A DNA stretch of 62,100 bases, filler included, from 14 parts of 14 records of this genome joined end to end with filler, not necessarily neighbours in it; one strand, 5' to 3'; shown: positions 28,736 to 41,714, counted from the first letter of the whole stretch. Notes: generated by a model from the sequence alone, not told the origin. A program made the numbers and translations.

Positions 28736-29001
28736 AATAATGGCAACTAACAAAAATAACATCGTTTTATTTATCATGCCATGATAATTATTCGCAATAA
28801 CTTAATAATGCAACCTATTGATTTAATATTACATTGAAAGAATAAAAAGAAAGACCCAAAAACCCTACTAAAAATATAGCACTTACGACAATGACTACTA
28901 TAAGTATCTGTAAGTATCAATAATTATTACTAAGGTATTAACAATAAGAGACGTCTTAAACCGCCTTAATAAATCGTGAACATATTATTAAGGAATGGTT
29001 C

Positions 29002-29657
29002 CTATTTCTTTGGTTGCTGAATATGAAAGTTCTGCGCTCCTTTCCTTTGATATTCATGGCTAGGCTTTGGTTTTTCATGATATGCCTTAACAGCATCCTT
29101 GCTAAAATCTTGATCACCTTTGGTTGGAGCACCAGAGACCAGCTGGTGAAGCTCATTTCTTGATGGCACACTAAACAGAAGTGGTGGACGTTTATTCTAT
29201 CCATAATTATGCGTAAGCGTAAATTACGATTCGTAATTGAAATTAATATCTTACACTTCATGTTGTTCCTGAAAATCTTCCTGTTCTTGTCCTTCCTTTT
29301 GTTCACCGCCACTACCTCCACTAGTTCTTCTAGGCCTGTGTTTTTGTGCAACCCTAACACCACCAACTTTCACTAAAACAAGCAACACCATGCAGATGTA
29401 AATTAGATGATGTAGCCTACATCATGTAGGTAATAGATATTACGCATTACGTAATTAAATTAGAAACAACAGTATGTATTGTTAAGCAAACACTTACTAA
29501 TAATAAATAAGCATACATTTATAAATGTTAAAATTCTATTGATACTACAATATTATTATTAATAATAATCAGATTTAAGATAACCTGCAGGTTGAAGTCC
29601 TGTCATTTTATCATCTTCAGGATCGGTTGTTTTTATATGTTCTTCAGCGTCACCCAT
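29002..29657 (-). CDS. DAP1: Death-associated protein 1, 3 exons
   Basis: Spliced product MGDAEEH...LQPA-VKVGGVRVAQKH...-LVSGAPTKGDQDFSKDAVKAYHEKPKPSHE...HIQQPKK* carries the DAP family motifs. The listed ORF 28956-29366 is the wrong frame. Confidence 0.9.
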
Positions 29658-31029
29658 TTTCTGTAATTTTTAGTTGACAAAGATTGTTAAATTAATAATC
29701 AACCAAGAGAACCAAAAAGACTAAAGCCGTCAAATCGTTAAAAATTCAAACATTAATTAAATCTAGGCACTAATGTAACATTAGTAATGTTACCATCAGA
29801 AATTCGAAAACTTAAATCGTCATCCTATTATGAATCGTATGTATAGTAGAATAAATTGTTGTGAGGTGGTATGTATCACAATCACTTTATGATCATCCTC
29901 CCCAGTGTTAGTACCATGTACGTACTATGTACTACACAGGCTTATTATAACAATAACGACAGTTATCCAACTTACAGCAAACAGCAACGCTGCCATTGCT
30001 CATTAATAAAATTCAAAATACATAGTATAAAAAAGTAATAATTTCTACAACCACAAATAATTAGGACAGTCTAAAACCTACAGGTTTTAGGTTGGAATAG
30101 TAGGTATGTATTTATCAGGAACATGCTGATAAATCAAAGCTCATCATATGATCATCTTCGAAGATTAAACTACATATAATCGTCTTCAAAAAAACTTAAT
30201 AACTATGACATTATGATTATTATTAAATGAAGATATTTAGTATAGGTATCTATTAGTGCACATTGAGTAATTTTAACATTTCTGGACTTTACTGCAAACT
30301 GTGGTACAATGTACAAACTGTAGCACATTGAATGTACAATGTAGTACCGTACATTGCCGATGTGTTTTTGGGACAACTGTTCGTACCTTTTACCATACAG
30401 ACATTGAATGAAATAGTCTTAACAATTGTTATCCACGTGTTTAATAATAATAAATGTTCAATTTACACTTATTAACTTTTCTTGTTACCGTCATAAAGAC
30501 AGTACATACGTACCTAGGTAGGTACTTATACAACTATACAAATTGAATTTGTCAAAATTTTAAATGTCCAGTTGCCGATACGCAATGTACAGTCAAGATA
30601 CGTGTGTGCATTGTAGGATACAACACACAGTGTACATAACAACAACAACAATAATAACAATAATTGTCTGCGATTGCGACACAAGTACACAAACTTACCT
30701 AACTAGACTGTAANNNNNNNNNNNNNNNNNNNNNNNNNNNNNNNNNNNNNNNNNNNNTTAATTAATTAANNNNNNNNNNNNNNNNNNNNNNNNNNNNNNN
30801 NNNNNNNNNNNNNTATATCATAATTATGATATATAACTGCCAACTATAGTTACTATATATAAAATATTATCTTAGTGTTTAAATAATACTAAATATAATT
30901 ATGTTTAATAATAAGTTTTATTATGCCATGTAGTTATTATTATTAATAATAATAAAAAGTATTAACTATAAATATTACATATGCTTGTTAGTTTTAGTAA
31001 TAGTTATAACAATTGGAATAATAAGTAAA

Positions 31030-32776
31030 TAAAAACATTGTTCTTCAGGAGCTTCAGTTGTACAAAATTCCATTTGAAACCCACATAATGGTACAGAAAG
31101 TGGTGGTTTTGAATCTAAAGTCCACCAGTAACCAGATGTTTGTTCAACAACTTCAAAGTATACAGAATCATTGTTTGGGTATTTATGTAGCTTAACTTGA
31201 AATACTTCCATAGCTTCATTACTATTATTTTTGCTAAGTAAATGAGCTTTTTTCTCTAAATCTCTATCTCCATCTGACATGGAAACAAATCCACTTTTAC
31301 CTAAAGATCTTACTGATTAAAAAATTGAAGCTATTAATTAAATTTCATTGCCCTGAAACTGGATTGTTTTAATTGCTTCAATAATATCTTCACCACTTGA
31401 ATAATCACCATTTAATTGAAAAACCTTCTCTAAGGCCATTCCATACATCATTATAGAATCATATAAGTATCTTGAAATATGAGAGCCCTGCAATTGGCAA
31501 CAAGACTTATTATTAATAAAAAAACAAAAATTTTACTGTTGAAAAATTTTATACAGTTAGATTATGTTGAAGAAAGTCTGTTCTGTTCCAGGGTATTTTA
31601 CCAATTTCTAGACCAACATCAGTTAAAAAATCACTCTCATCTGGATATTCATAACTGTTGCTAACCTAAACATGATTATTTATTATTAAATATTATAGTT
31701 TATGATATAATCCTGAATAACTTACAGTTAAAATGTACTTATAAGCCTCTTTTATTGTTGCATCTATTTCAAAAGTTTCTGGATCAATCCAAGGTTCATT
31801 TGGAGCTATTGGGGCATCTTCTTGCTCCATCAACCAAAGATATTCTTCACTCAAAATACCGACATCCAATGCTGTTTTTAATAACTTATTTGTGAATTCT
31901 TCATCACTATCAGCATCACAATAGTATATTACTAAATATATTAATATTTTGTTTTCAATAAAGAACAAATTATTGTTTACTTCTGGCCTTTGATTTTAAT
32001 GGAGTAAGGATAGCTTCCATGTCATCTTCAAAAAAGATAGCTTGCATAAATGCCAAATTCATATTACCACTCAGGCCCAGTTTTTCCATTTCATCAACTC
32101 GAAAACCACATGAAGTTGAAGGACCATAGAAAATAATTCCAAAGGTATCCCAATTAAAGTACTTTGCAATAACTTCAAATATCAGATAAAACTTATTGTA
32201 GATTAACCAAATTCTTGAAATTCTGTCATACAAAGCCTCTTCAAATACATTATCATTAGCACCAAGTGCAATCATTGGGATATTCTTATACATAAGTAAG
32301 GGACCAACATGTTTCAAAACTAGAAATTTAAATTTTTTTAAAAAAAATTATTAGCCTTATTACTAAAAATATTTGCATACTGCCTGACCACATTCCACCA
32401 AACAACACATTAATATCTTTTGATAATATGAGTTCAGTTGATCTTCCTATACCCTTTTCTAAATAGTTTCCCCAATGAACACCAGTTTCAAAATCAATCA
32501 GAGTTACATAGTGTAATCTAAAACAAATTTTATTATAAAAGTGTTAAATTATGATAGGTTTTTGAACCTGAATGTAACATTTCTTGACACTACAACCTGA
32601 TGTAAATGAATGTCATCTAAAGCAATAGAAACAGCACCAGAAAGTTGTCCATGTGACATGGTTTCATCATAGCCACTGTATGGAACCAAATAACCAATAT
32701 TTATAACTATAGTGTCATCACTACAATCACCTGCCAATACTATTGCATGTAACAAAAAGTATATAATTGTAGACAT
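31030..32776 (-). CDS. ANF-receptor-domain membrane receptor (receptor guanylyl cyclase / natriuretic peptide receptor-like), extracellular exons; 3' truncated
   Basis: Signal peptide; INIGYLVP, GAVSIALDDI, AKYFNWDTFGIIF, RYLYDSIMMYGMAL, FVSMSDGDRD and juxtamembrane PPLSVPLCGF...C. Confidence 0.8.
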
Positions 32777-33364
32777 CAATAATCAATAAACTTTGATATT
32801 TTCTTTATTAGTAAAGAATTCTTTTATTGTTATTAATAATAATAACTTCCAGCACTTTAATCAACTCTTCAAAACCACTCATAAGGCTACATACCATAAC
32901 ATAGATACTATCAATTCTTCAGCATAGACAGAAGTTCGTTTAGAAGCTGGTTGGAATCATCATTATTATTAATAGCAAATCAACTCTTAAGAAAGCATCC
33001 TTCATTATTAATTAAGCTTCGAATTCACACTATTAATTAAATATTAAGTCTATGTAGACAAGTATCAGTCTAAGTTAGAACGCTACTCTCATTAGAATCA
33101 AATGAAGTAGGCAATAAACAATTTGGCAATTAATTTTAATGAGAGGTTTGGATTTCATTCGTAAATGTCTCTACACTTGTCAAAATGTTATCAATAATTA
33201 CTATTCAAATACAATAATGTTAGGAAAGATTATGCCCCCAAAGCCCACCAAAAAAAATGCCCTCNNNNNNNNNNNNNNNNNNNNNNNNNNNNNNNNNNNN
33301 NNNNNNNNTTAATTAATTAANNNNNNNNNNNNNNNNNNNNNNNNNNNNNNNNNNNNNNNNNNNN

Positions 33365-34349
33365 TTGCAGACTCAATGACCTTGGTCTTACCTAGGTCAA
33401 TGCCCTCCAGGTCATATGGATTTGGATCATGGCTGTGATGCTGCTCATTTACGCATTTTATGCAGACAACCACACTGCATCGCTCACAAGCATAGGTTTT
33501 ATCCAACATGCTATGAGTGACACATTTTTGAAGGCTCATCAACTTTGACTGATAATTTGGAGTAGTCAAAATCTTTTTAAAAGCAGAAGGATCCATGGGG
33601 GCAATAGGAAGACAGATGCACGTTGTGTTGCGACATGTTTTGCACTTGTTACGCCTCCCCCAAAGTTTGGCCATTTCCTTTTCAAGGCCAGGAACAAGCA
33701 GCAATCCAGGATCTTCAGAACTGCCAGATGTCTTGTGATGTGCACACATCTTCATGAAATGTTCATATTCTGCATAGTAGTTCTTTTCAGCGTATCCAAT
33801 TTGAATGGTTATTTGAGATGCCTTTACTTCATCTTTGCTTGCTTTCTCAATGAGTTCGGTTGCTCGTTGTCTGCACGTTGCAACGTTTCCTTGAAGTTTT
33901 TCAACCACATCCTTAACATAATGAATAACATCGGTTTCATCAAGAGGAACGACGGTCAAATCATAATGCTTGGGGTTGTGGTCACGATGATTTTCATAGG
34001 CACATTTGAGACAAACAACTACACAGCATTGGGCGCATGCGGAACTTCGGATAAATTTGCTGTGCGTTGTGCATTTCTGTTCCTTTACAGAACTTGGCTT
34101 GTAGGCATCAGAAATTCTTTTTGATGGTTTAGTAGTAGATGGCGATTCTTTGACGTTAGAAAAGTCTCGTGGCGATTCAGGCGGCAATGTAGAATAGTTT
34201 GGTGGAGGATCATCCTCAGGAGTTGGAGGACGTTCAGGAGGCACTGTAGGATAAACGGGGGCGGCAGAAGCAGAACTTTCTTCACAGGTACATGGCTTTT
34301 GTAAACAGATCTCACATTCAGACAATTTATCAACAGCAGACCCTGACAT
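33365..34349 (-). CDS. Tandem B-box zinc finger / coiled-coil protein, 3' truncated
   Basis: Two B-box2-like motifs (CTTH...CAQCCVVVCLKCAYENHRDH and CVTH...CERCSVVVCIKCVNEQHHSH), an intervening coiled coil, and a PPxY motif (PPNY). Confidence 0.75.
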
Positions 34350-35872
34350 TTATCTTCAAATTATTGTACTGGCTATATCAGCTACTTTGGGATAAAGAAA
34401 AGGTAAACCCTACAGGCTCTATGCAAACCTGCACATTATTAGTTACCAAGAATGGGGTGTAATACCCCATAAGTAATAATAGTGGCATTCTTACCTAAAG
34501 GGTGTGATGCATAGCATTATTGTGGGTTGCTATGTTACCTGATGGGATTACGTTATTGATAGCTACATATAATTGTCATATATCCAATACATTGTATTGA
34601 ATACATGGCAATTATACACCACTGGCAGGTTACCTACGGTAACCTGGATTGTTTGGTACAAGGTCTGCAATGCAAAAAGGGTTTGCCAGACACCAAACTT
34701 TGGTGACCAAAGGCCTAATAACTGATGAGTCATTAAATTAATAATAAGGCCATAAATAATATTTATTAAATACATCACGATGAAGAAACACGTGGAACTA
34801 CGAAAGTTTAGCATCTTCATAAAAATTTTGAAATATTGACGTACTAGCACATACATTTTATTAATAATAATAAGGTATTCATGAAGACGCTAAACTTTGA
34901 ATGATCAAGGTAGCTATGTGTTTACAGCCCATTAGCAATAGTTTACGTGATTTGAATATGCTTTTTAGAATATGTTAACTTTCCCGCTTTATAATAGCGA
35001 CATCTTCAGGATTATGGAAAATGCTCATAAATGATATAGACTATTTCATATGGTAGGTATGATTTTCAAACATCCACATTTTTTCATGAAACTCAACAGT
35101 AACAGGTTTTTAAACCTGTTGATTCAAATTATAGTTTTATTATTGTTATTATTAATAAAGACCCTTCAGTTGTTCACTAAGACACTGTTATTACCACCGC
35201 ATCAATATTATTCAAACTGCTACAATTTTTGTCATTTTTAATGCGATATATCATCACAAAACACATCAACTTTGTTTTAATCCATGGGTTCATAGACATA
35301 AATATTACCTATACCTATACATTTATAGGTATATCATAGGTTGGATTTACATATGATATACCTATAAATGCAATCTGTTAGATGTGTGGCACCCACCCAC
35401 AAAGGAAAATGACATACAAGTNNNNNNNNNNNNNNNNNNNNNNNNNNNNNNNNNNNNNNNNNNNNTTAATTAATTAANNNNNNNNNNNNNNNNNNNNNNN
35501 NNNNNNNNNNNNNNNNNNNNNTATATATATATGATATATTCTAGAAATCTAAACGTTCAAAACAGCACTTGAAGAAGAAAAAAAGACATTATGCATTGAA
35601 TTCCAAGGGTTGGAATTATAATATACAAAAAAAAGGCTTACATAAGCCTACAGACTACTTATCAAACTAGATAAGGTTGAAGAGTCAAACAAATACATTA
35701 TAACATTGTCAAATATACATTTTAAATTACTTAATTAATTTAAATAATATACAGTATATAATTTATATATAAATAATATATCTGAAGCGATATGCCTTGG
35801 CGAGCTTCATAAAAACTCACAGTTAATTATTAACTTAATAACATAAGTTACTACTGTATTCATTACAATAAT

Positions 35873-37126
35873 TTAATCTGACACCGAATCCGAATCCAAT
35901 ACAACATAGTTAATGGCATCATTTTTAACATCACGTTTGATATCATTTTTCTTAGCGTCATTAGCACGGACAGCAACAGGCTTGGGTTCCAAGCGCCTCT
36001 TCACTGGAACAGAATTAGCTTCTAACTGATGTTCAGCAGTGGTTTTGACTGTAGTCTGGTTTACGGACGTTTGTGGTGCATCACTCTGTGGTTGATCCGG
36101 GTCTTGAATTATTAATAAATCATTCAAGGATTCTAAAGAACTATCACTAGAATACTGTAGCCATTGGGTTTCTTCAACATTAATTTTGTCAGCAGATTCA
36201 ACTGAAAATAATGTCTCTTCAAATTCAGAATCAGATTCACTGCCATCATTTCCTGTTTGCTTATCAGCAAAAGCGTCGAGTTCTTCATCAATTTCTTCAG
36301 CTTCTTCATCAATTTCTTCATCCTGGACTTCGTCTTCCAAGGCTGATGTATCTTCGTCAGTATCTCTATTTTGTCCAACGTATCTTGCTTCAATTGCGTC
36401 CACAGCTTCCTCCAATTTTGAAGTATGAAATTTAACTTCAGGAGCATCATCTAATTTTGATGGTGTAACACAAGTGTACGCAGTAGGTTTTGCTTCATAA
36501 AAGCCTGAGTTAACTCTTAAATCACAAACTCTTCGAGTTTTCAGCCTGAGAATAATTTTTTCGAAACATGACTTGGCAAGAAATTGGGGAATTTCCTTAA
36601 AATTATCTTTTTCCTTTTTACTTATACGTTCCACAATTTCCAGAACTTGGTAAAAGTCAGGTACTTCTTTTTTACGATTAACTATTGCATCAATTTCACT
36701 GTTTATTGCTGGATAGGGTGTTAAATCTGAACATGCTATTTTCTTCTCAGCATAAGAATGCAACTTCCTCGATCTTCCAGTTGCTTTGCAAAGAGCCTCA
36801 TATACCTTAACAGCCCTTCTCTCATAGCGTTCGCACATTACATATGGACTCTTTTTCAAATCTTCGTCAGTTTGGTCACCAGAAAAGTTATTGTCAGCAC
36901 TTCTTAACTCATTAATTTTAAGGATAATTTTTCCTAGCAATTTTTTCAAATTTCTGGCATGCCTAATATTCTCTTTTTCCTCTCTAGTTCTCTGAGGTTT
37001 TGCTTTCTTTATGTTCTTCGCATTAGATACAACAGTTTCGTATTTTCTTTTTCTCTTTCTACCTCTTCCAGTACTCGTACATGGTTCTTCCTCCTCAATG
37101 TCAGCATCGTTGCCTTCGTCATTCAT
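35873..37126 (-). CDS. DAXX: DAXX histone H3.3 chaperone; single exon, histone-binding domain plus acidic region plus C-terminal SIM
   Basis: LKKLLGKIILKINELR...SPYVMCERYERRAVKVYEALCK...TPYPAINSEI...VPDFYQVL...LAKSCFEKIILRLKTRRVCDL matches the DAXX histone-binding domain pattern; C-terminus YVVLDSD. Confidence 0.85.
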   Translation of the reverse strand: MNDEGNDADIEEEEPCTSTGRGRKRKRKYETVVSNAKNIKKAKPQRTREEKENIRHARNLKKLLGKIILKINELRSADNNFSGDQTDEDLKKSPYVMCERYERRAVKVYEALCKATGRSRKLHSYAEKKIACSDLTPYPAINSEIDAIVNRKKEVPDFYQVLEIVERISKKEKDNFKEIPQFLAKSCFEKIILRLKTRRVCDLRVNSGFYEAKPTAYTCVTPSKLDDAPEVKFHTSKLEEAVDAIEARYVGQNRDTDEDTSALEDEVQDEEIDEEAEEIDEELDAFADKQTGNDGSESDSEFEETLFSVESADKINVEETQWLQYSSDSSLESLNDLLIIQDPDQPQSDAPQTSVNQTTVKTTAEHQLEANSVPVKRRLEPKPVAVRANDAKKNDIKRDVKNDAINYVVLDSDSVSD

Positions 37127-37251
37127 TTCGACAAAACTAATCGAAATGATCGAAATAAATCGAAGTCAAAGGACATTACTAATTAAGTTAAATAATAATA
37201 ACATGCTCAATAATAATAACCTATCAGTAAATCCAACTATTTCAAAAAAGC

Positions 37252-38923
37252 CTATTTAGACCAACGTATTAATTTGTAAACTAAAATTGCAATACTAGCA
37301 ATAATTCCTATGCCAAGGGTTGCCTTTAGAATCTGCGTCGTAAAATCTACGTGAATGAATCCTTTACTATGCCTAAAATTAAATTAAATAGTTTAACTAT
37401 TAGGAATTTCTATAGAATGTCCATGATAGACATAGCTCTACAGACATTATAGAAAACAAAGCTTTGGAAGAGATGTTCACATGTACATTAAAATATACAT
37501 GTGAACAAATAAAAATTAAAATAAACACATACATTAAAATAATTACATACGGAAAACAAGCCATTTTAGTCAATTGTAGATAAAGATCCCGAGATGGATT
37601 CCTCAAAGAATACTGAAATGGTAAGGGCAAGTTGTTACTTTTGCAAAAGTCATCTGGTTGTAAATGAAATTCTTGAGTAACACAACTTGTGCCTTCTTCT
37701 TTTACTTCAACAAACAAACAAGGCAATAGGGTGTTTGCAAAATAATCTTTATAAATTTTAGCACAGGGTTTAAAAGATCTTCCACTCGAAGAATTAAAGA
37801 CGAAACAAACAATGTCACATTCTAAGGTTGGATCGCTCATAATGAAATCAGTATCTCCCAAATCATTCATTTCATGCATTATCAAATATTTTTTGGCTCC
37901 GTAGATATTATAGCTATTTCCTGTATATTTCGGGTTTTGCGATGAAGAATCTTTCCCAACATTTCCGAGAAGAAGTGAAGACTAAAAATATCATAAAAAG
38001 ATGTCGCAAATGCAAAACAGTTGTGTTACCTTCCTACTATCCTTGGTGCCGAAAACCATGCAGTAAAAAATTGAGCGATTTGTATGCTTTTTTTGGTAGT
38101 CAATTCTCTTGTCGCGAGTAACTATTTTATGTATCAATAATATGAATTAAGTAGTACTTACGAACAATACATGTATGTATTGTATATCGAAGAATCAGTA
38201 TTACATTATTAATACTACCGTAGCATTAAATTGATAACAATTATTAATAATAATAACAAGGAAATGCAGCTAACCTATCACTGATTCATGTGAGGTTAAT
38301 TCTGTATGAAACTTGAACCCCCAAAGATCAACTAGTGAAATAAAACATTTTGGCTGCAAGTATGCTAACATGCTAAAAATGAATATACACTACTGACAAA
38401 ATGCATATAAACATAACTTTTATCATAAAAGTTTTATGTGTTACCTGAGATATGTTATTATGGATGAAATTGGAATATGAATATTATTCCGTTCATCTTT
38501 CACAACTGGCACCATTTCATATATCTCTTTAAAGAATGAAGGCCAGGGTTTCAACAAAGTTTCAAGTGCTGGTTGCAAAACATTTTCGAATTCACTGATA
38601 CATAGCGTTGTTTTAGTTTTGTTCTACAGAAACATGTTAATAAACAAAGTAGTAGTTTGAAAGTACATACGACTACAAGTATTAGTAAAAGTACATGTAG
38701 GTCCTAATCATATGACCTATATCATATATCATAATCCATGGAGCAATACACAGTATTGCCTTGCTCTGTGATTATAAGTTATAATTTATAACCATATGGT
38801 TATAGGATATAATAATTTAAATTATAATACATACACGGTGGCATCTGCTTGTGAAAAATACTGTTAAGAAGTCCAATGCTTTGGCATGCGGTTCGGATGT
38901 GCTACCCTTCTTGCAAGTAAAAC
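37252..38923 (-). CDS. RHOT: Mitochondrial Rho GTPase (Miro), six 3' exons, divergent; 5' truncated
   Basis: VTRDKRIDYQKKHTNRSIFYCMVFG, IYGAKKYLIMHE, CDIVCFVFNSS, QPDDFCKSNNLPLP, LYLQLTKMACFP and tail anchor ILKATLGIGIIASIAILVYKLIR. Confidence 0.9.
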
Positions 38924-38947
38924 TGAAAATAATCATATAGTCCGTAT

Positions 38948-38973
38948 AAGGGAGCATCCATAAAGTATGTACG
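38948..38973 (+). mobile_element. Probable DNA-transposon/MITE terminus at a contig end
   Basis: TAA-GGGAGCATCCATAAAGTATGTACG resembles PIF/Harbinger-type TIR ends with a TAA target duplication; the contig breaks here. Confidence 0.4.
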
Positions 38974-39073
38974 NNNNNNNNNNNNNNNNNNNNNNNNNNN
39001 NNNNNNNNNNNNNNNNNTTAATTAATTAANNNNNNNNNNNNNNNNNNNNNNNNNNNNNNNNNNNNNNNNNNNN

Positions 39074-40703
39074 TGCAAATAAATATGTTGGCATTGAAAG
39101 TGAAACCTGAAATTCTGTCTTCAAATAATTGCCATCATTGATTACTTCCTTATTTTTGTAAGGCATGTTTGAAACCGCAAAGTACCCTGTAAAAGTTAAT
39201 TAGGGTTTAAGGCAAGATTAATAAGATCTAATTAGTTCTACATGTGGTGATCATTACTATCATTATCATACGTATAAGTTTATGAATTGCTTATCTATTT
39301 TAATGAAATTGATTACATAACATAGCAATTTAAACTTATTTAGCCTATTTTTAGTAATATATTTCAACGTATTTTAGTGTGTTTTTTTTCGAAAAGTATA
39401 CATCACAGAATAGAGCTTTATTAGTTACGTGTTTCTTGTGGTAGAATATTTTTAATAATATGTAACATATGTAATAAAATAAAATAGAAAAGCTCTATTA
39501 CACTGCATGTGCCCAAATCATTATCAACATTTTCAAAAGTTTTTTCTCATATAAACCAAATTGAATTGATAATAATTTGGCAGCAGTTGTGATACTATTA
39601 CAGTAATAGTAATGCGTAACATATGTCATTAAAATTAGTACCTATAGTATAATATAATATAGTATAATTAGTATAGTATATAGTACAGAATAGTATGTAT
39701 ATAGTATTGTATATAGTATAATTGGTATAGTATATAGTATAATTAGTATACTATATAGTATAATATAATATAGTATTAGTGTAGTATATTATTATAATAA
39801 TTGAAAAAAATTATAACCCTCAAATTGGCCATTAATTGAATGTATCATTGTGAAGGCAAATTTAGCCTTAAATGTGGGTTCATCCATACATGGCATTACT
39901 TTCCTTGCACTATGCGGTTGAAATTGGGTGGCAATGATTACTTTTTTTGCATCGACCAAAGGATCATAGTAATAACTAGCATAGGCACCAGTTTTGGCAA
40001 ACATGTCATGAGGTTCATTGACATGCCCTTGAAATTTATTTATAACAACTTCATAAAAAGTGCCTCTTTCAAAGGCATTTTCTTCTTCCGATTTGATGAC
40101 AATGTAAAATAAGTCAGTTGGATCCTTCAGATTACACCTGGGTTGATAATACCTTAATGTACTGGTTATTTTTGGATAATTTTCCTTCAAAATACTCCCA
40201 TCCTCTGTTACCTTGTTAATGGAAATTTTACTTAAATCAACTTTGACAAGGTCCATGTGAACGTGAAACAGGATTCTATCAGTAGAGTTTAGATTTTGCA
40301 GTAAAATTCTAGAGCTGCCATTGGTTGAAAATTCGTCCAAATTGACAGCTAATGTGACATTATAAAGATGGATTTTCCATGAATTTGGCAACATAGGAGT
40401 ATAGATAAACTTATCATCAATATTTGAGTTAGGATTGTACACACATTGTGTCATTCTGTCAGTTTTAAGAGTTTCAGTAGCTTCCATAGAGACATTGCTC
40501 CTTAAATTCTTCATTCTTAAAGACATCCAAATGACAACTGCTAATAGTATCAAAAATAAAATAAACATTATAAAAACCAAAATTTTCAACCACTTTATTG
40601 TCCTGCAATGTTGTTGAGGAAAAGTTTTGGCTTTGATTTCATTATTGTTATCTTCCGGAATTAGACTTCCATTATTTAGCAATTCCATTTCATTATTTTC
40701 CAT
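39074..40703 (-). CDS. M1-family type II membrane aminopeptidase (APN-like), two 5' exons; 3' truncated
   Basis: N-terminal TM helix; HLYNVTL, IATQFQPHSARKVMPCMDEPTFKAKF; exon 2 FAVSNMP...SLSMPTYLFA. Confidence 0.88.
39641..39795. repeat. TATAG/TAGTA low-complexity minisatellite
   Basis: Repeated TATAGTATAATTAG-like units. Similar tracts lie at about 5100-5550, 22720-22930 and 45480-46030. Confidence 0.8.
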
Positions 40704-41714
40704 GGCAAAAGTTGTGCCTGCACTTGTTTTCGTTTTTATCAAAGTTAAATCAGCAATAAAAATCTCTACTTCAGATTAATTTATAGAGGAGCCAGCGCTA
40801 TTAATAATAACCCTTACCTAGTGAGTGCTATTTGTCAGGACAGAGTTGATAGAAGATAGTAATCATCGGGTAGCAGCTACAAAGTCCATTATAACACGAT
40901 TGAATACACCCATAGATGCTTATTAACTGCATGCATTTGTACTACACACATACATAAATACCAAAGCAGAAATCTAAAATTGTATTGTAATTGTTCTCAT
41001 ACCCAGCTAGAACTACAATAGGAAACAATCGAATTGTTACCCCCACCAGGAAGCCAAATTATGTATTTGATTATAATTATCTGTGAATTAAGGATTATTT
41101 AGGTGTGCTACTAATAGCGTTCAATGAGCCAAAGTACCGTAGCATATGGCTACTCAGACAAGGAGCTGAATAAGTGACATGCATGGTTATATGATGTTAT
41201 TACGGGGGTTTAACTACCCATCCATCCATTTTCTTTACAAAATGTATTTACAATAGCAAGCACTCATTGTATTGTTGGTATCACAGCTATTCATAATCAA
41301 TAATAAATAAACTTTATTATGATTTATTATGGTGGCAACTTTGAGCACAAAATGTAATTACAAAAATTGTTGTGTAAAATATATGCACGAATTCAGGCAA
41401 TACTAATTATCAATACATTAAAGCAATAACATTAATATTCATCTAACATAAATGATATCTATCGCTATACCATTATGATTGTAATAGAGCAAATTGGATA
41501 CTACTATTCAATAATTGGTAATAAACTAATATTTCACTTTTTTCCATTTAGCTAACATCACATAGATATTTTTATGGAATAGCATATCATACTCACTAAT
41601 CTACATACAAATATAAATATGAAATAACAAGTAATTAGCTATTCATTAGCTATTCAGCATGAGCTATCTGGTGTCCTATTTGCAAAATAACTATTATACT
41701 TTTTATGTAAAAAA

